Below, one piece after another: positions 37,801 to 58,011 of a DNA stretch of 64,000 bases (positions are counted from its first letter, which is position 1; each line of letters starts with the position of its first letter). Source of the stretch: Amoebidium appalachense (taxonomy: Eukaryota > Protista > Ichthyosporea); contig CAVNZM010000001.1 of the NCBI GenBank assembly GCA_963693365.1, positions 9,626,907-9,690,906 on the forward strand, given 5' to 3'. A program made the position numbers and the translations under genes. The notes below the pieces were generated by a model that saw only the letters and a list, made by a program, of their open reading frames with translations, did no database searches and was not told where the DNA came from.

Positions 37801-38061
37801 GGTGGGTGGTGTGTGTGTGTGTGGTGTATGTGTGGGTGTGTGTGTGGGTGTAGGTGTGTCTGCAACCGTCGTATGTTGTTGTGGTGGTGTGTTTCTATGT
37901 GTCTGTGCCTTCCCCCCCCTTCCCCCTTTACTCGTGTGTGTCCCCCCCCTCCCGGAAACAATGGCACAGAAACCCCCTCCGGTGTGGTTAGAACAAACAC
38001 CGGGTTGGGACAAGAAACACTGAGACCATCCACTTGTGGCTGGGGAACCTCCCCCAACCAC
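34861..38061 (-). CDS. pol: Inner Gypsy pol: aspartic protease, RT, RNase H
   Basis: [76 protein letters not shown], DALSR. Confidence 0.96.
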   Translation of the reverse strand: [1066 protein letters not shown]

Positions 38062-38302
38062 AAAACATTCACACCATTCATACCTTTGGTAGAGTCACCC
38101 CACAAACATTCATGCCATACCACCTCGACGCTGTCTTGAGGACCCACGACGATGCCCGGCTCCCACACGTATCGGGGCGGTGAGGGGGCAAAGGGAAGCT
38201 TAACCTGGGGTGGGGGAGGGTGAAGGTTCTCTGCAACCTGGGGGGGACCGATACTGTCCCCCCCCCTCCCTCAGTGACCCCAGCTTCCCCCTCCCCCGGA
38301 AC

Positions 38303-39637
38303 TCAATAGCTCTTGTAACTACGGCAATATGCAGCAGAGTGCCCTTGCCGGCCACAAAAGTAACATGCACCAAAGAAGGGGCCAGGGGGGACTTCAAAAC
38401 CTTGGCGCAAAGCATAACCGGGAGCCCGGTCATGCTGGGGGGGCCCACCGTGTGCACCACGGCCCCCCCTTCCCCCCTGCCCCCCTCGGCCTCTCTCACC
38501 ACCATTTCCACCCCTCCCTCTACCCTGCCCACCACCACGAGCAAGATAAGGGGCAAACCTCTCGGTGAACTGCTGCTGTTGTCCTCCACGTCCACCTCGG
38601 CCACGACCGCCGTGTCCACCCCGGTCGCCGCCACGGCCACCTCGGAAGCCGAAGCCCCCTCGGCCAGAAAAGACGGCCTGGGAGAGCTCGGCAACCTGCT
38701 TGACCAACATGGTGAGTGCATCTGGCTGTTCACCCTCTTTTTTCTCTTTTTCCCCCTTCTGTCCACTCTCCTTCTTTTTCTTGTCTACTTCCATCACCTC
38801 CTTTTTATCCCTCTTATTGAACTTCACCTCGTGCATGGCAAGCAAGTGACGTTTAACATGCAACACCACCTCATCTACATCATCATGCTCCCCAAACATG
38901 CGTGCAGTGTCTGTGTTTACAGAGAGAGCCTTACGAGCAAACTCGAATTTTTCCCTATCACTCACGTCACCAGCTAACTCACAAAGGTCCTCAAAGACCC
39001 GATATTCCCTCTCAAAGAATGCACGAGCTTCTACGGGGGACATATCTAGTGTGGGAAAGGTATACTTCCATTCTCTGAGCTGGGCCCGGAAGGTACGGCG
39101 CCGGTCGGCCGTCAGGTATCGGCCGACGAGCCGGGCCGTATACTCGAGCTCGTTTTCCGGCCGTGTGAAGGCCTCGAGCTCCCCGTCCACGTCGTCGGTG
39201 CTGTTCTCGTCCTCGTCGTCGGGGATGAACCGTGCGGCCAGACGTTTCTGGCCGAGTGTCCGGGACACCATCTCGTCCCTCCCCTCGTCGTACTGCTGCT
39301 CGTATATACGAGCCGTCACCTGGGGGGCCTGCTCGGCCCGGTACGGGTGCTCCTCCATCAGGGTGCATAAGTCGGCCATTGTTTTGTGGTCGATGCACTG
39401 TTTGATCATTAAGCACGAGGCCGCCACAGTGGGGGCCTTCTTTGTGTCTAACACTAGTGTGGGTGTGTTAGCTAGGAGTGTCCTAAGCCACCTAGGGATT
39501 TCCGAGTCGTGTTTGAGTGTAAAACTGAAAGCTGTGGTCTGTCTAACGTCTAGTGTATGAACCTGTGGTACCTGTGTGTGCAGGGAGCTATCCTCCGCTG
39601 CCAATGCGTAGAACATGTCTACGTTAAACTTAGCCAT
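38303..39637 (-). CDS. gag: Inner Gypsy Gag, 444 aa
   Basis: ATG follows the 5' LTR leader; RGG-rich region and a C-terminal CCHC knuckle, CYFCGRQGHSAAYC. Confidence 0.9.
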   Translation of the reverse strand: MAKFNVDMFYALAAEDSSLHTQVPQVHTLDVRQTTAFSFTLKHDSEIPRWLRTLLANTPTLVLDTKKAPTVAASCLMIKQCIDHKTMADLCTLMEEHPYRAEQAPQVTARIYEQQYDEGRDEMVSRTLGQKRLAARFIPDDEDENSTDDVDGELEAFTRPENELEYTARLVGRYLTADRRRTFRAQLREWKYTFPTLDMSPVEARAFFEREYRVFEDLCELAGDVSDREKFEFARKALSVNTDTARMFGEHDDVDEVVLHVKRHLLAMHEVKFNKRDKKEVMEVDKKKKESGQKGEKEKKEGEQPDALTMLVKQVAELSQAVFSGRGGFGFRGGRGGDRGGHGGRGRGGRGGQQQQFTERFAPYLARGGGQGRGRGGNGGERGRGGQGGRGGRGAHGGPPQHDRAPGYALRQGFEVPPGPFFGACYFCGRQGHSAAYCRSYKSY

Positions 39638-39675
39638 TGTGTGGTGTGTGCCCTAACTCGTGTGGTTGTGTTTAT

Positions 39676-39719
<44 letters not shown>

Positions 39720-39800
39720 TTGAGGTGTAGCAACAGCCCAGAAGGAACTGTCACCGCGTTACCCTAGCGCGAAAAACCGCACTAAAAGAAAGGTGTAGCT

Positions 39801-40519
39801 TGTCGTATCCTAATGTATGTGTACTAGAGACGCGGCACTCTACTAAGTGTACACACACGAAAAGGAACGAACGTGTACAGAAAAACGGTAAAGTTTATTA
39901 AGACCAGGCTCCGACGGGCAAACTTAGATCCGTACGGATTGAGTCTAAGTTACGACTGAGGCCATCAAGGCCGTGCCCTACAAGATCATCATCACCTGGC
40001 CCCCTACGATGCCACATTCCATTAACATTCCGATCTACTTTTATCGTGCGCCTGCACGAGCTAAGTCGATCTACTCAACTAATATATTTATCCAAGTCTC
40101 ACCCCTCACCCTCCCCCTAGTGGCACCGCAGAGTCTAAATCTACATTTCATACTATCCTCCCCCCCCCTCCCTCCCCCCCTTTCCTCTACATCTAAATAT
40201 ATAAATACGTTTGGCAACATATACTATCAAACCTTGCCAATCCTTACAAAAGGGCTTCTGCCCGAACAATGACATTCCTAAGTCCTCCTACGATCTATCC
40301 TACACACTAATTAGAATTCTATTGGACGGCTGTCCCGGCTGACGTGGTCCAATGCCCTGCGCCGGCAGAGGCAAGATGCACGCAGCTGTACAGCTATCTT
40401 GAGGCCCCGGACTTGATCTTGATGATCTGTGGACCCGGGCCACCCCCCCCCCCCCCCCCCCCCCCCCGATCTCGATCGTAGACTTAGGCTAATCTGCTGA
40501 GACGGATTAGTATATGTCA
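39801..40519 (-). repeat. Inner Gypsy 5' LTR (719 bp)
   Basis: Direct repeat of 32166-32880. Confidence 0.97.
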
Positions 40520-40524
40520 GCCAG

Positions 40525-43124
40525 CGAAGCTCGACAGAGTTCATTCTGATGTGGCAGGACCGTTCAACAAGGAGTCGCTGCAAGGTTCCAAGTATTATGT
40601 CACCTTCATCGACGACAAGACAAGGTTCACTACGGTGTACTTCATGAAACATAAATCCCAAGTGCATACTTACTTCAAGAAGTACAAGGCACACGTAGAG
40701 AAGCAACACGGTGCCAGCATCAAGATTCTGCGTTCCGACAACGGGGGTGAGTACACCTCCACTGAGTTCAAGTCGTTCCTGGAAGCGTGCGGCATTGAAC
40801 ATGAGGCGACAGTCCCTTACACACCAGAGCAGAATGGTGTAGCAGAGAGGGCTAACAGGACCATTGTCGAGACGGCGCGCTGCATGCTGCAGTCAGCAGG
40901 CATGAGTATGGGGTTCTGGCAGCTGGCAGTACAGGCAGCTGTGTACATCAAGAACCTGACGCCAACCACAGTACTGGGTGGCATGACACCTTGGGAGGCA
41001 TGGTATGGAGAGAAGCCCGATGTTAGCCATCTACGTGTATTTGGTAGCAAGGCATTTGTCCATGTGCCGAAGGACGAGCGCAGGAAGCTAGACGCCAAGA
41101 GTCGGGAGTGTAAATTCGTCGGCTACACAGGTGACAGCAAGACGCACTTGTTGTGGGACACCGAGGCGCGCAAGACTATCGTCGGGCGAGATGTGGTGAT
41201 CGATGAATCATGCACCCCAAAGGCCGGTATTCCGGTGGTGCAAGATGAGCCAATGGAATTGCTGATGCATAAGCCAATCGGAAATCAGCGGAGCTTGGAA
41301 TCGAGGGATCCAATCAGCGCCAAGAAGCAACATTCCTTTCGGAAGCCTGCAATCGGCACTGACAGTGGATATGATTCAGATGCTATCGGCGACGGCGCGG
41401 GCGAGGACAGCGGCGATTCGGACGCGGCAGGGTCAGGAGACGAGGAAGATAGTGCAGAGTTGCAGGTTGCAACCAGAAGTGCTTATCCGTCTATGACTAC
41501 AAGGCGCGGTGGGACCTACGGCATCAACGCAGGCATAGTAGAGTACCGCGACAGTATCAGCATGGCAATTGAGAGTGCTGATAGCAATGAGGATGACCCT
41601 GTGACACTGGAAGAAGCAATCTCCAGGCCAGATGGTGCAAAGTGGAAGGCTGCGCTGGACGAGGAGTACGAATCTCTAGTCAAGAATGGGACATGGTCAC
41701 TGGTGCCACTCCCACCAGGTCGTCGGGCAGTTTCCTTCAAGTGGGTCTTCAAGATGAAACGCAACGCCGACGGCAGTGTCGAGCGCTACAAGGCCCGTAG
41801 TGTGGCCAGGGGCTTCTCTCAGCAAGAGGGGATAGACTACGAAGAGACCTTTGCCCCGGTGGCCAAGTTCACCAGCTTCAGACTTCTCTTCGCTATGGCA
41901 GCGGCAGAGAACATGCACCTCACACAAATAGATATCGTCCGACGAGTCACGGCGTTCCTCAAGGGCGACATCAAGGAAGAGCTGTACATGCAGCAACCGC
42001 GTGGGTACGAGGTACCCGGATTCCGAAAGGAAGACTATGTGTGTCGTTTGCACAAAAGTCTGTATGGCCTCAAGCAAGCAGCAAGGTGCTGGAATGAGAA
42101 GATGCATGAGGCTATGGTCGATCTTGGCTTCACACGTGTGGAAGCTGATCGATGTGTCTACTTCAAGGTCAACGGAAGTGGAAAGACGGTGGTGGCTGTG
42201 CATGTGGACGACATGCTAGTGGCGGCGTCGACAGATGATCTTATTCAAGAATTCGTCAGGCAGGTTGCGACGAAGTTCTCCGTCAAGGTGATCGGCGAGC
42301 CAAAGCTGCTACTCGGTGTGCAGGTCAGTCGTGACGCTGCAACAGGCGATATAAAATTGTCACAGGAAACGTACATCAAGTCATTGATGCGGCGCTTCAA
42401 CATGGTCGACTGCAAGGCTAAGTCAACACCGCTACCGGAGCGATGTGTGTTGAGCAAGGCCATGAGTCCGGCAAGCGAGGAGGAGAGAGTGGCGATGCGG
42501 CAAGTTCCTTATGCCAGAGCTGTGGGCTCCTTAATGTACGCAATGGTGGCCACCCGGCCAGACATTGCACAAGCAGTGGGGGAACTTAGTAAGTTCGTGA
42601 GCAACCCGGGACTTCAACACTGGGACGCAGCCAAACATCTTCTCCGGTACCTCAAGGGGACAACCAACTACGGGATTGTCTACCGCGGAGGAGGGAGTAC
42701 AACAGTGGAGGGATTCACTGACTCCGATTACGCTGGCAACTCCGACGACCGTAAGTCGACGAGCGGATACATCTTTACTGCCAATGGATCTGCCATCAGC
42801 TGGGGCAGCAAGCAACAGAAGACTGTGGCTACTTCATCTACAGAGGCGGAGTATATGGCTACGTGCCTGGCAGTCAAAGAGGCTAAGTGGCTACGACAGC
42901 TGCTGGGGCAGCTGGGCTACGATATGAGTGAGGCGACCATCATCTACGCCGACAACCAGGCCAGCATCAAGCTTGCAAGGAACCCGATGCTCCATAACAG
43001 GAGCAAACACATCGACGTTCAGTACCACTACACCCGTGAGTGTGTGGAGAATGGGGATGTAGAACTTGTGTATTGCAGCACGAACAGTAACGTGGCCGAC
43101 ATGTGCACCAAAGCTTTAGCCTAG
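40525..43124 (+). CDS. pol: Copia polyprotein, 3' part: integrase core, RT, RNase H
   Basis: Rejoins in frame as KTAP|AKLDRVHSDVAGPF. Motifs: LRSDNGGEY, PEQNGVAER, KWVFKMK, ETFAPV, SLYGLKQA, HVDDML, TDSDYAG, SSTEAEY, DNQAS, KHIDV, ADMCTK. Confidence 0.96.
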
Positions 43125-43307
43125 GGAGACTTAAGTTGGTGCAGCATCGGCAGGCCATCGGCATGGCTGAGTAAGAACTACAAATAGTGTAGTGTTAATG
43201 TTCGTGTAGTAGGTGTTATATGTGTTAGTATAGTAGCATAGTTTTAGAGTTGCATCTTAGGTTTAGGTTGCATGCGGTACATAGATAGAACACAGTGCAA
43301 GTGGGGG

Positions 43308-43613
43308 TGTCGAACAGGATAGCCATCCGGTATGCCCTGCGTTAGCGTAGCACTAGTGATCGGGAATATTCGAGATATTCGGGATAAACTGGTGGATAGG
43401 TTCACGATAGATCAGGATAGATCTAGAAGAGTCTAGAAGATTCTATTGGAGTGTTTTGATTGGTAGCGACTAGATCCATAGCGGCGGGTAGACCAATCGG
43501 GAATAGTATGTAACATTCCAGTGAGCCAGACCACAAGTATATAAAGGTCCCGGCAGGCCAGTCAATGCAAGTCAGCAAATAATAAAGTCTCACAGAGAAA
43601 CCTCTAAGTTACA
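43308..43613 (+). repeat. Copia 3' LTR
   Basis: TGTCGAACAGG...AAGTTACA, followed by the TSD TAATC. Confidence 0.95.
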
Positions 43614-44834
43614 TAATCATCACTGGGTCTCCTCTGAAAAATTTGCGAATTTTCGCAACTTGATCTGATTTGTGCGAATTATTCTTAGCATATCCAGGTG
43701 GCTTATTCATTTGCATATGCCGCACAATCTGAATTTGCCGTATCGCTTTTTCCCTTATAGCAGTCCACTCTGGCTGCGTCATGGGTTCCCCAGGAGGCAA
43801 CAGAGAGACATCCGGAAAAAGTGTAGGATGTTGCCCGAATACGAGATAATATGGTGAATATCCAGCAGCCGCATGTTGAGTAACCCTATACCCAAACATA
43901 ACGGGAGCTAGATATTCGTCCCAATCATCCCCATCCAAATTCACATACTTACTAATGGCATCATTAATTGGTCTGTGAGACCTTTCGTTAATGGCATTAG
44001 TTTGAGGGTGATAGGCGGCTGTGTTTAACTTTGTGATATTCAACATTTTACACAGCTCTAGCACTATCTCCGAGAGAAAATTTGCACCGCGGTCAGACAA
44101 TAGTGACCTAGGTGGGCCATAAACATAACAAAATCTATCCAAGATAAGCCGTGCCGGCAATTGTGGCAGCTGTTTCATCGGTTACTGCAAAGGCTTCTGC
44201 ATATCTTGGAGGAATATCCATAATAACGACAATTTTGGTATTCCCATTTTTGGAAGGTTTAGAGGGCACGATTGTATCAATACTTATTCGTTCGAATTAT
44301 TTTGTAGGAGTAAGGGATGGAGGTGGGGATGGTCTAACTTTCATGTGTGGGTCAGAATTACGTGCCTGACACCCAATTGCAACACACGAGCGCACCCACC
44401 TATGCACATACCTACTCATACCCGGCCAATAATACGCGCGCAACGCTTTTAACGTGCGATGCACACCAAGATGGCCCATCTTATCATGCACACTCTCTAA
44501 TAATTCGTGATATAAAGCCTCGGGAACAAACAACTTTCTCCCCTCCAAAGAAAAATAATATAGGACATTATTTTCCACAAAACAGTGACGAGCAGTGCGA
44601 GCGAGCTTTCTCCTTTCGCATTACTAATACGTGGTGTGGGGTCCTCTACATTTTCTTCCATATTATCAGCGGGAGAAGTGTTATTCCGTGTGATATTTTG
44701 CGTTAATTTTTGCATGTATGCATGCTTTTTGGGTCCCCGTGGGTCTTTTGTAGACAACAAAGTAATGATATCACCACAAAGGGGGTCATTACATTGTGCT
44801 GCTACGATCGCATCTCTCTGGTAGCCGGCCCCAG
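43614..44834 (-). pseudogene. pol: Outer Gypsy integrase (zinc-binding and catalytic core) with frameshifts and a stop
   Basis: HDKMGHLG...YYWPGM...CVAIGCQ; *FERISID; LLSDRGANF, YHPQTNAINER, YSPYYLVFG. These are spread over ORFs 44497..44760, 44297..44578 and 43609..44178. Confidence 0.9.
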
Positions 44835-46849
44835 CTATTGGCTACTATTTGATGGTATTTTACCCCATATGACGCAATCACACCACATATTCTGCCGGAT
44901 ACCCCTTTTTTTTTTTTTTTTTGGGGGGGGGGGGGGGGGAGGGGGGAGGGGGAGGGGGGGGGGGGGGGGGGGGAGGCCGGGGGGGGGGGGGGGGGGAGGG
45001 GGAGGGAGGATTCAGGCAGAAGAGTGAGCCCTAACAAGTCCCCACATGTGCGACAGTGTCAACGCTTTATTATGGCCACACCCAGTTGCAAAACAGCAAA
45101 ATTCTTCAGGGGCCTTACTTGCTTCTGTCATCTCTGAGACTCCGGATCCGGACCTTCCCCTCCTTCCCTCCTCCCCCCCCCCCCCCTCCCCGCGCCCCCC
45201 ATGTTTGCGCAACTGAGCTTTGCGCACTGCACCCCCAGGGCTGACTCAGCTTGACTCACGTGCACGGCCCTAGGCCTCTTCTTTTCAGAGGGCCGTGCTT
45301 GACTGCACTCCGGCCGGAAGATCTGATAAATAGGCCTTGCTGCAGCCTGCCGCCATTCCCGGCGATGCTGATATATCGCCACATTATTTCCTAATGTTTG
45401 ATTAGATATCTGTATAGAACTTAAATACTAATAATAATAACACAAGCTTTAAGTGACCCACAACACTCGCAAATTTGACGCGGTGACCGTAGAGTCACGT
45501 CAATCGCCAAGATGACGTCACTTATGGCAGCCACCTGGCGATTGGTAGAAGGCGCACCACTGGACGTGGCAGCGTCAATATATTTCTTTGCCGCCTAAAC
45601 TTTGCCTACGTGCTGCAGTTTGGGTTCAGTATTTGGGTTCAAAGTGAATTATATTGTATAAACATAGCTAAACCAAGATAAATTATTTTTCTTTCAGGAT
45701 TTCTATCACGCCTCGGCTTGAGCTATGTGATTTTGCAACGAACTGCTTGTGTGGTCATATATATGGGGCCAAAGCTCGCGATCTATTTTTGGGGTTTACA
45801 CACTTTTTATTGCGTGGACATTGCCGGAGGCCCAGCCACATTCGACGGCCTACTGCGTTTTCCAGCACAGCCAATCAAATGCAGCCAGTGACATATGTAC
45901 ATGCTAGGCAACAATGAGCGCCATCGTAGGATCTGACACCCCTATTACATATTATGGGTAAGCAGATGCTAGCATCGGTAGCTCCGACAGAAAGTTAAGG
46001 CACCGGATCACAATATCATACTGTGCAGCATTAATAAGGTGATCTAGGATAGTCATCTTAAAACGGATATATTGAGGAAGAGATGAAGAAAAGAGAATAA
46101 AACCGCCAATAACCTCCGGTTCTAATACATTAGCTAACAGGTTGCATTTATTGATAGATATGCAGCCGCGAGTAAACCGCCCCCCACACATATTACACAT
46201 ACGAGCAGGAGACACCAGAAACCGATTACACCGCCAAGCCATAATCAATTTAACTGTAATCGCAATACCTTACGTGTTTTGATTGGTCCACGCGCGATTT
46301 TAGTTTCGATCCCTGCAAACATGCATATGCGCATGCGCAGTTGTTGATAACGTTGGGGGGTAATTCTTGAATTGAAGAGAGTATTGTGGCAGACAGACGA
46401 AAACCATTTCGGAGTTATAATTAAATAGGGGATTTTGTGTGTGTGTGTGTGTGGTGGATCTTACGCAGAATTGGTTTTTGTTTGGTGCCTTGTTTCCCTC
46501 GGAAAGTAGGTTCACAAACGGTCACGCAGTTTGCCCGGAACCACAAGACTCTGCGACAAGTTTGACCAGCCATTCTCTGTTTACTTTCTAACTTGACATA
46601 GAAACCGGTGCCTTTGGTCTTCTTCTATTTCCCTCTCTTCAACGCAGCAACTCTGAGACTCGAAAACACTGGCGGAGGAAGACACATGATTGGATCTAGG
46701 TTGCATACGGCTTCGATTTTCTCATTGCTTAATTCACCACAATACTCCCTGAGATTTTTGTTATTATTGGTTATTGAATTTTTGAATTAGTTTTTTGATC
46801 GAGGTTTTTTTTTTTTTTTTTCGTGCTTGTAACAACTTTGAACGGCAAG

Positions 46850-56254
<9,405 letters not shown>

Positions 56255-57311
56255 GAATGTGTGCGTGTGTGAGTTGGTGTGGAGGGTGGGGGGTGGCGGT
56301 GGCGGTGGGGTGGGGGTGGGTGCGTGTGTGTGTGTGTGTGTGTGTTGGGGGGGGGGGGGTCGACTTAGGCTTAGAAGTTTATGTCTGGAAGATGGTGTTA
56401 TTTCGAATGGATCATGAATTTTCAGTTCTGTGTGGGGTGTCATGAAACCTGCACACTTAGAATAGCATACATGACATGGTTTGTCAGACGTGCATTGATG
56501 GCTGGTTTTTTTGACTTGTATTATTGCAACCAACATAGGCAGCATATTCTTTTTTATTTGGTACGAATTCAGTGTGACTTAGAAAATTCTAGGTTGTGTT
56601 GCATGAAGTTCAATTCGAATCACGATACTATGTATTAGTATTATGGCAGGAATATTTAGTTATTTGCGAAATGAGGCGAGCGAGTATGATGTGCAGGTGC
56701 CGTGTGACCTTTCAATGAATTAAAAGGGTCACGGTTTTCCATGCGATCATGAAACGGAAATGTAGGAATACTGGAAAAAAAGCTAGGAATATTACTATAA
56801 TACGACACGTACGGTATGATGACGTATAATTTTGGCTCTTGGCCCGTGACCGACCAGATATTAAAATTTTAATTTTTATATAAAATAAAAGGCATCGAGA
56901 CCATCAGAACGGATAATCAGAATTGAATCGGATTCCGTAGGTCTGTGTACTTTCACTTGCAGTCACCATGCATAGCCGAGACGGTTAGTTAGTACGTGCG
57001 CTAATATTAGTAACACGGACGTGCACTTTGAAACATTCGATCAATGATTGAGCATGCGCACATCCTTGACTGTATATGTACGTGTGAGTATGGGGAGCCC
57101 GGGGGTAGAGGGCCTGCGGGCGGGCGGGTCGGGGGGGGGGGGGGGGGGGGGGGGGAACTTAACATCAGCTTGATAATTCGCGAAATGTACACATGCACAG
57201 CTAAAAATAACACCGTGACTGGCGGTGACCACAGCTTGATGATGGTTCGTGTATCAGTGACAGCCCCCCCGAGCTTTCCCACCCGCGTGACACACACACA
57301 CACACGCACGC

Positions 57312-57386
<75 letters not shown>

Positions 57387-57664
57387 CGCGCACACACACA
57401 CACGCACACAGTCACACACACATACACACACATGCGCGTGCGTACACACACACACACAAACACACAAACACAAGCACACACACAGACACCCACCGCACAA
57501 ACATTTCCAGCGCGCGCAATATCACCCATCCAAAAAAATAAAAATAAAAAAAAAACTTTTCCGAAAGACACTGAACTTGAAACACACCCGTATTTATACA
57601 CGAGCACACGCACACGCATATTGAACTGTTCAAAACTCTGCCTTGCCCTTGCTTGGTTACCACA

Positions 57665-57707
<43 letters not shown>

Positions 57708-57836
57708 CCCCACCACCACCACCACCAGCCACCACAACCATATGGCACTACTGTTCCGGCCGCGGGTTCACCGCGGGTTCACCACGGGGACCGCCACCAC
57801 AAAAATATAGATCGGAGAGAGAGAGAGGAGAGAAAG

Positions 57837-57962
<126 letters not shown>

Positions 57963-57978
57963 GAAGAAGAAGAGAAAA

Positions 57979-58011
<33 letters not shown>

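Larger units (their letters stand above)
32166..40519 (-). mobile_element. Inner full-length Ty3/Gypsy chromodomain LTR retrotransposon, very recent insertion
   Basis: TSD GCCAG at 32161-32165 and 40520-40524. LTRs 32166-32880 and 39801-40519 appear identical except for a poly-C length (21 versus 25). TG...CA termini; PPT at 32881-32891; gag, PR, RT, RH, INT and chromodomain on the minus strand. Confidence 0.97.
30310..43613 (+). mobile_element. Ty1/Copia LTR retrotransposon interrupted by the inner Gypsy
   Basis: TSD TAATC at 30305-30309 and 43614-43618. LTRs are 30310-30616 and 43308-43613, near-identical apart from small indels. PBS GGTTACGGACCCAG at 30617-30630; PPT AAGTGGGGG before 43308. 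Domain order is gag-PR-INT-RT-RH. Confidence 0.97.
29370..44887 (-). mobile_element. Outer Ty3/Gypsy chromodomain LTR retrotransposon, decayed and internally deleted
   Basis: TSD TATTC at 29365-29369 and 44888-44892, with TG...CA termini. The full 3' LTR is 29370-29663 with a PPT (plus-strand CCCCCCCCTT at 29667 onward). Only 53 bp of the 5' LTR remain (44835-44887, identical to 29611-29663). Integrase remnants lie on both sides of the Copia insertion. Confidence 0.9.

Noticed and set aside
38210-39560. Antisense ORFs overlapping gag (38210..38977, 38898..39560)
   Set aside because: These are expected shadow ORFs of GC-rich coding sequence, with no motifs.
45012-46250. Short ORFs right of the LTR stack, including an LSDLP F-box-like word
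   Set aside because: There is no consistent exon chain or domain support.
57750-57795. Short tandem CCGCGGGTTCA repeat
   Set aside because: About 2.5 copies only, like other local micro-duplications (53062-53106, 62199-62244), with no evidence of function.
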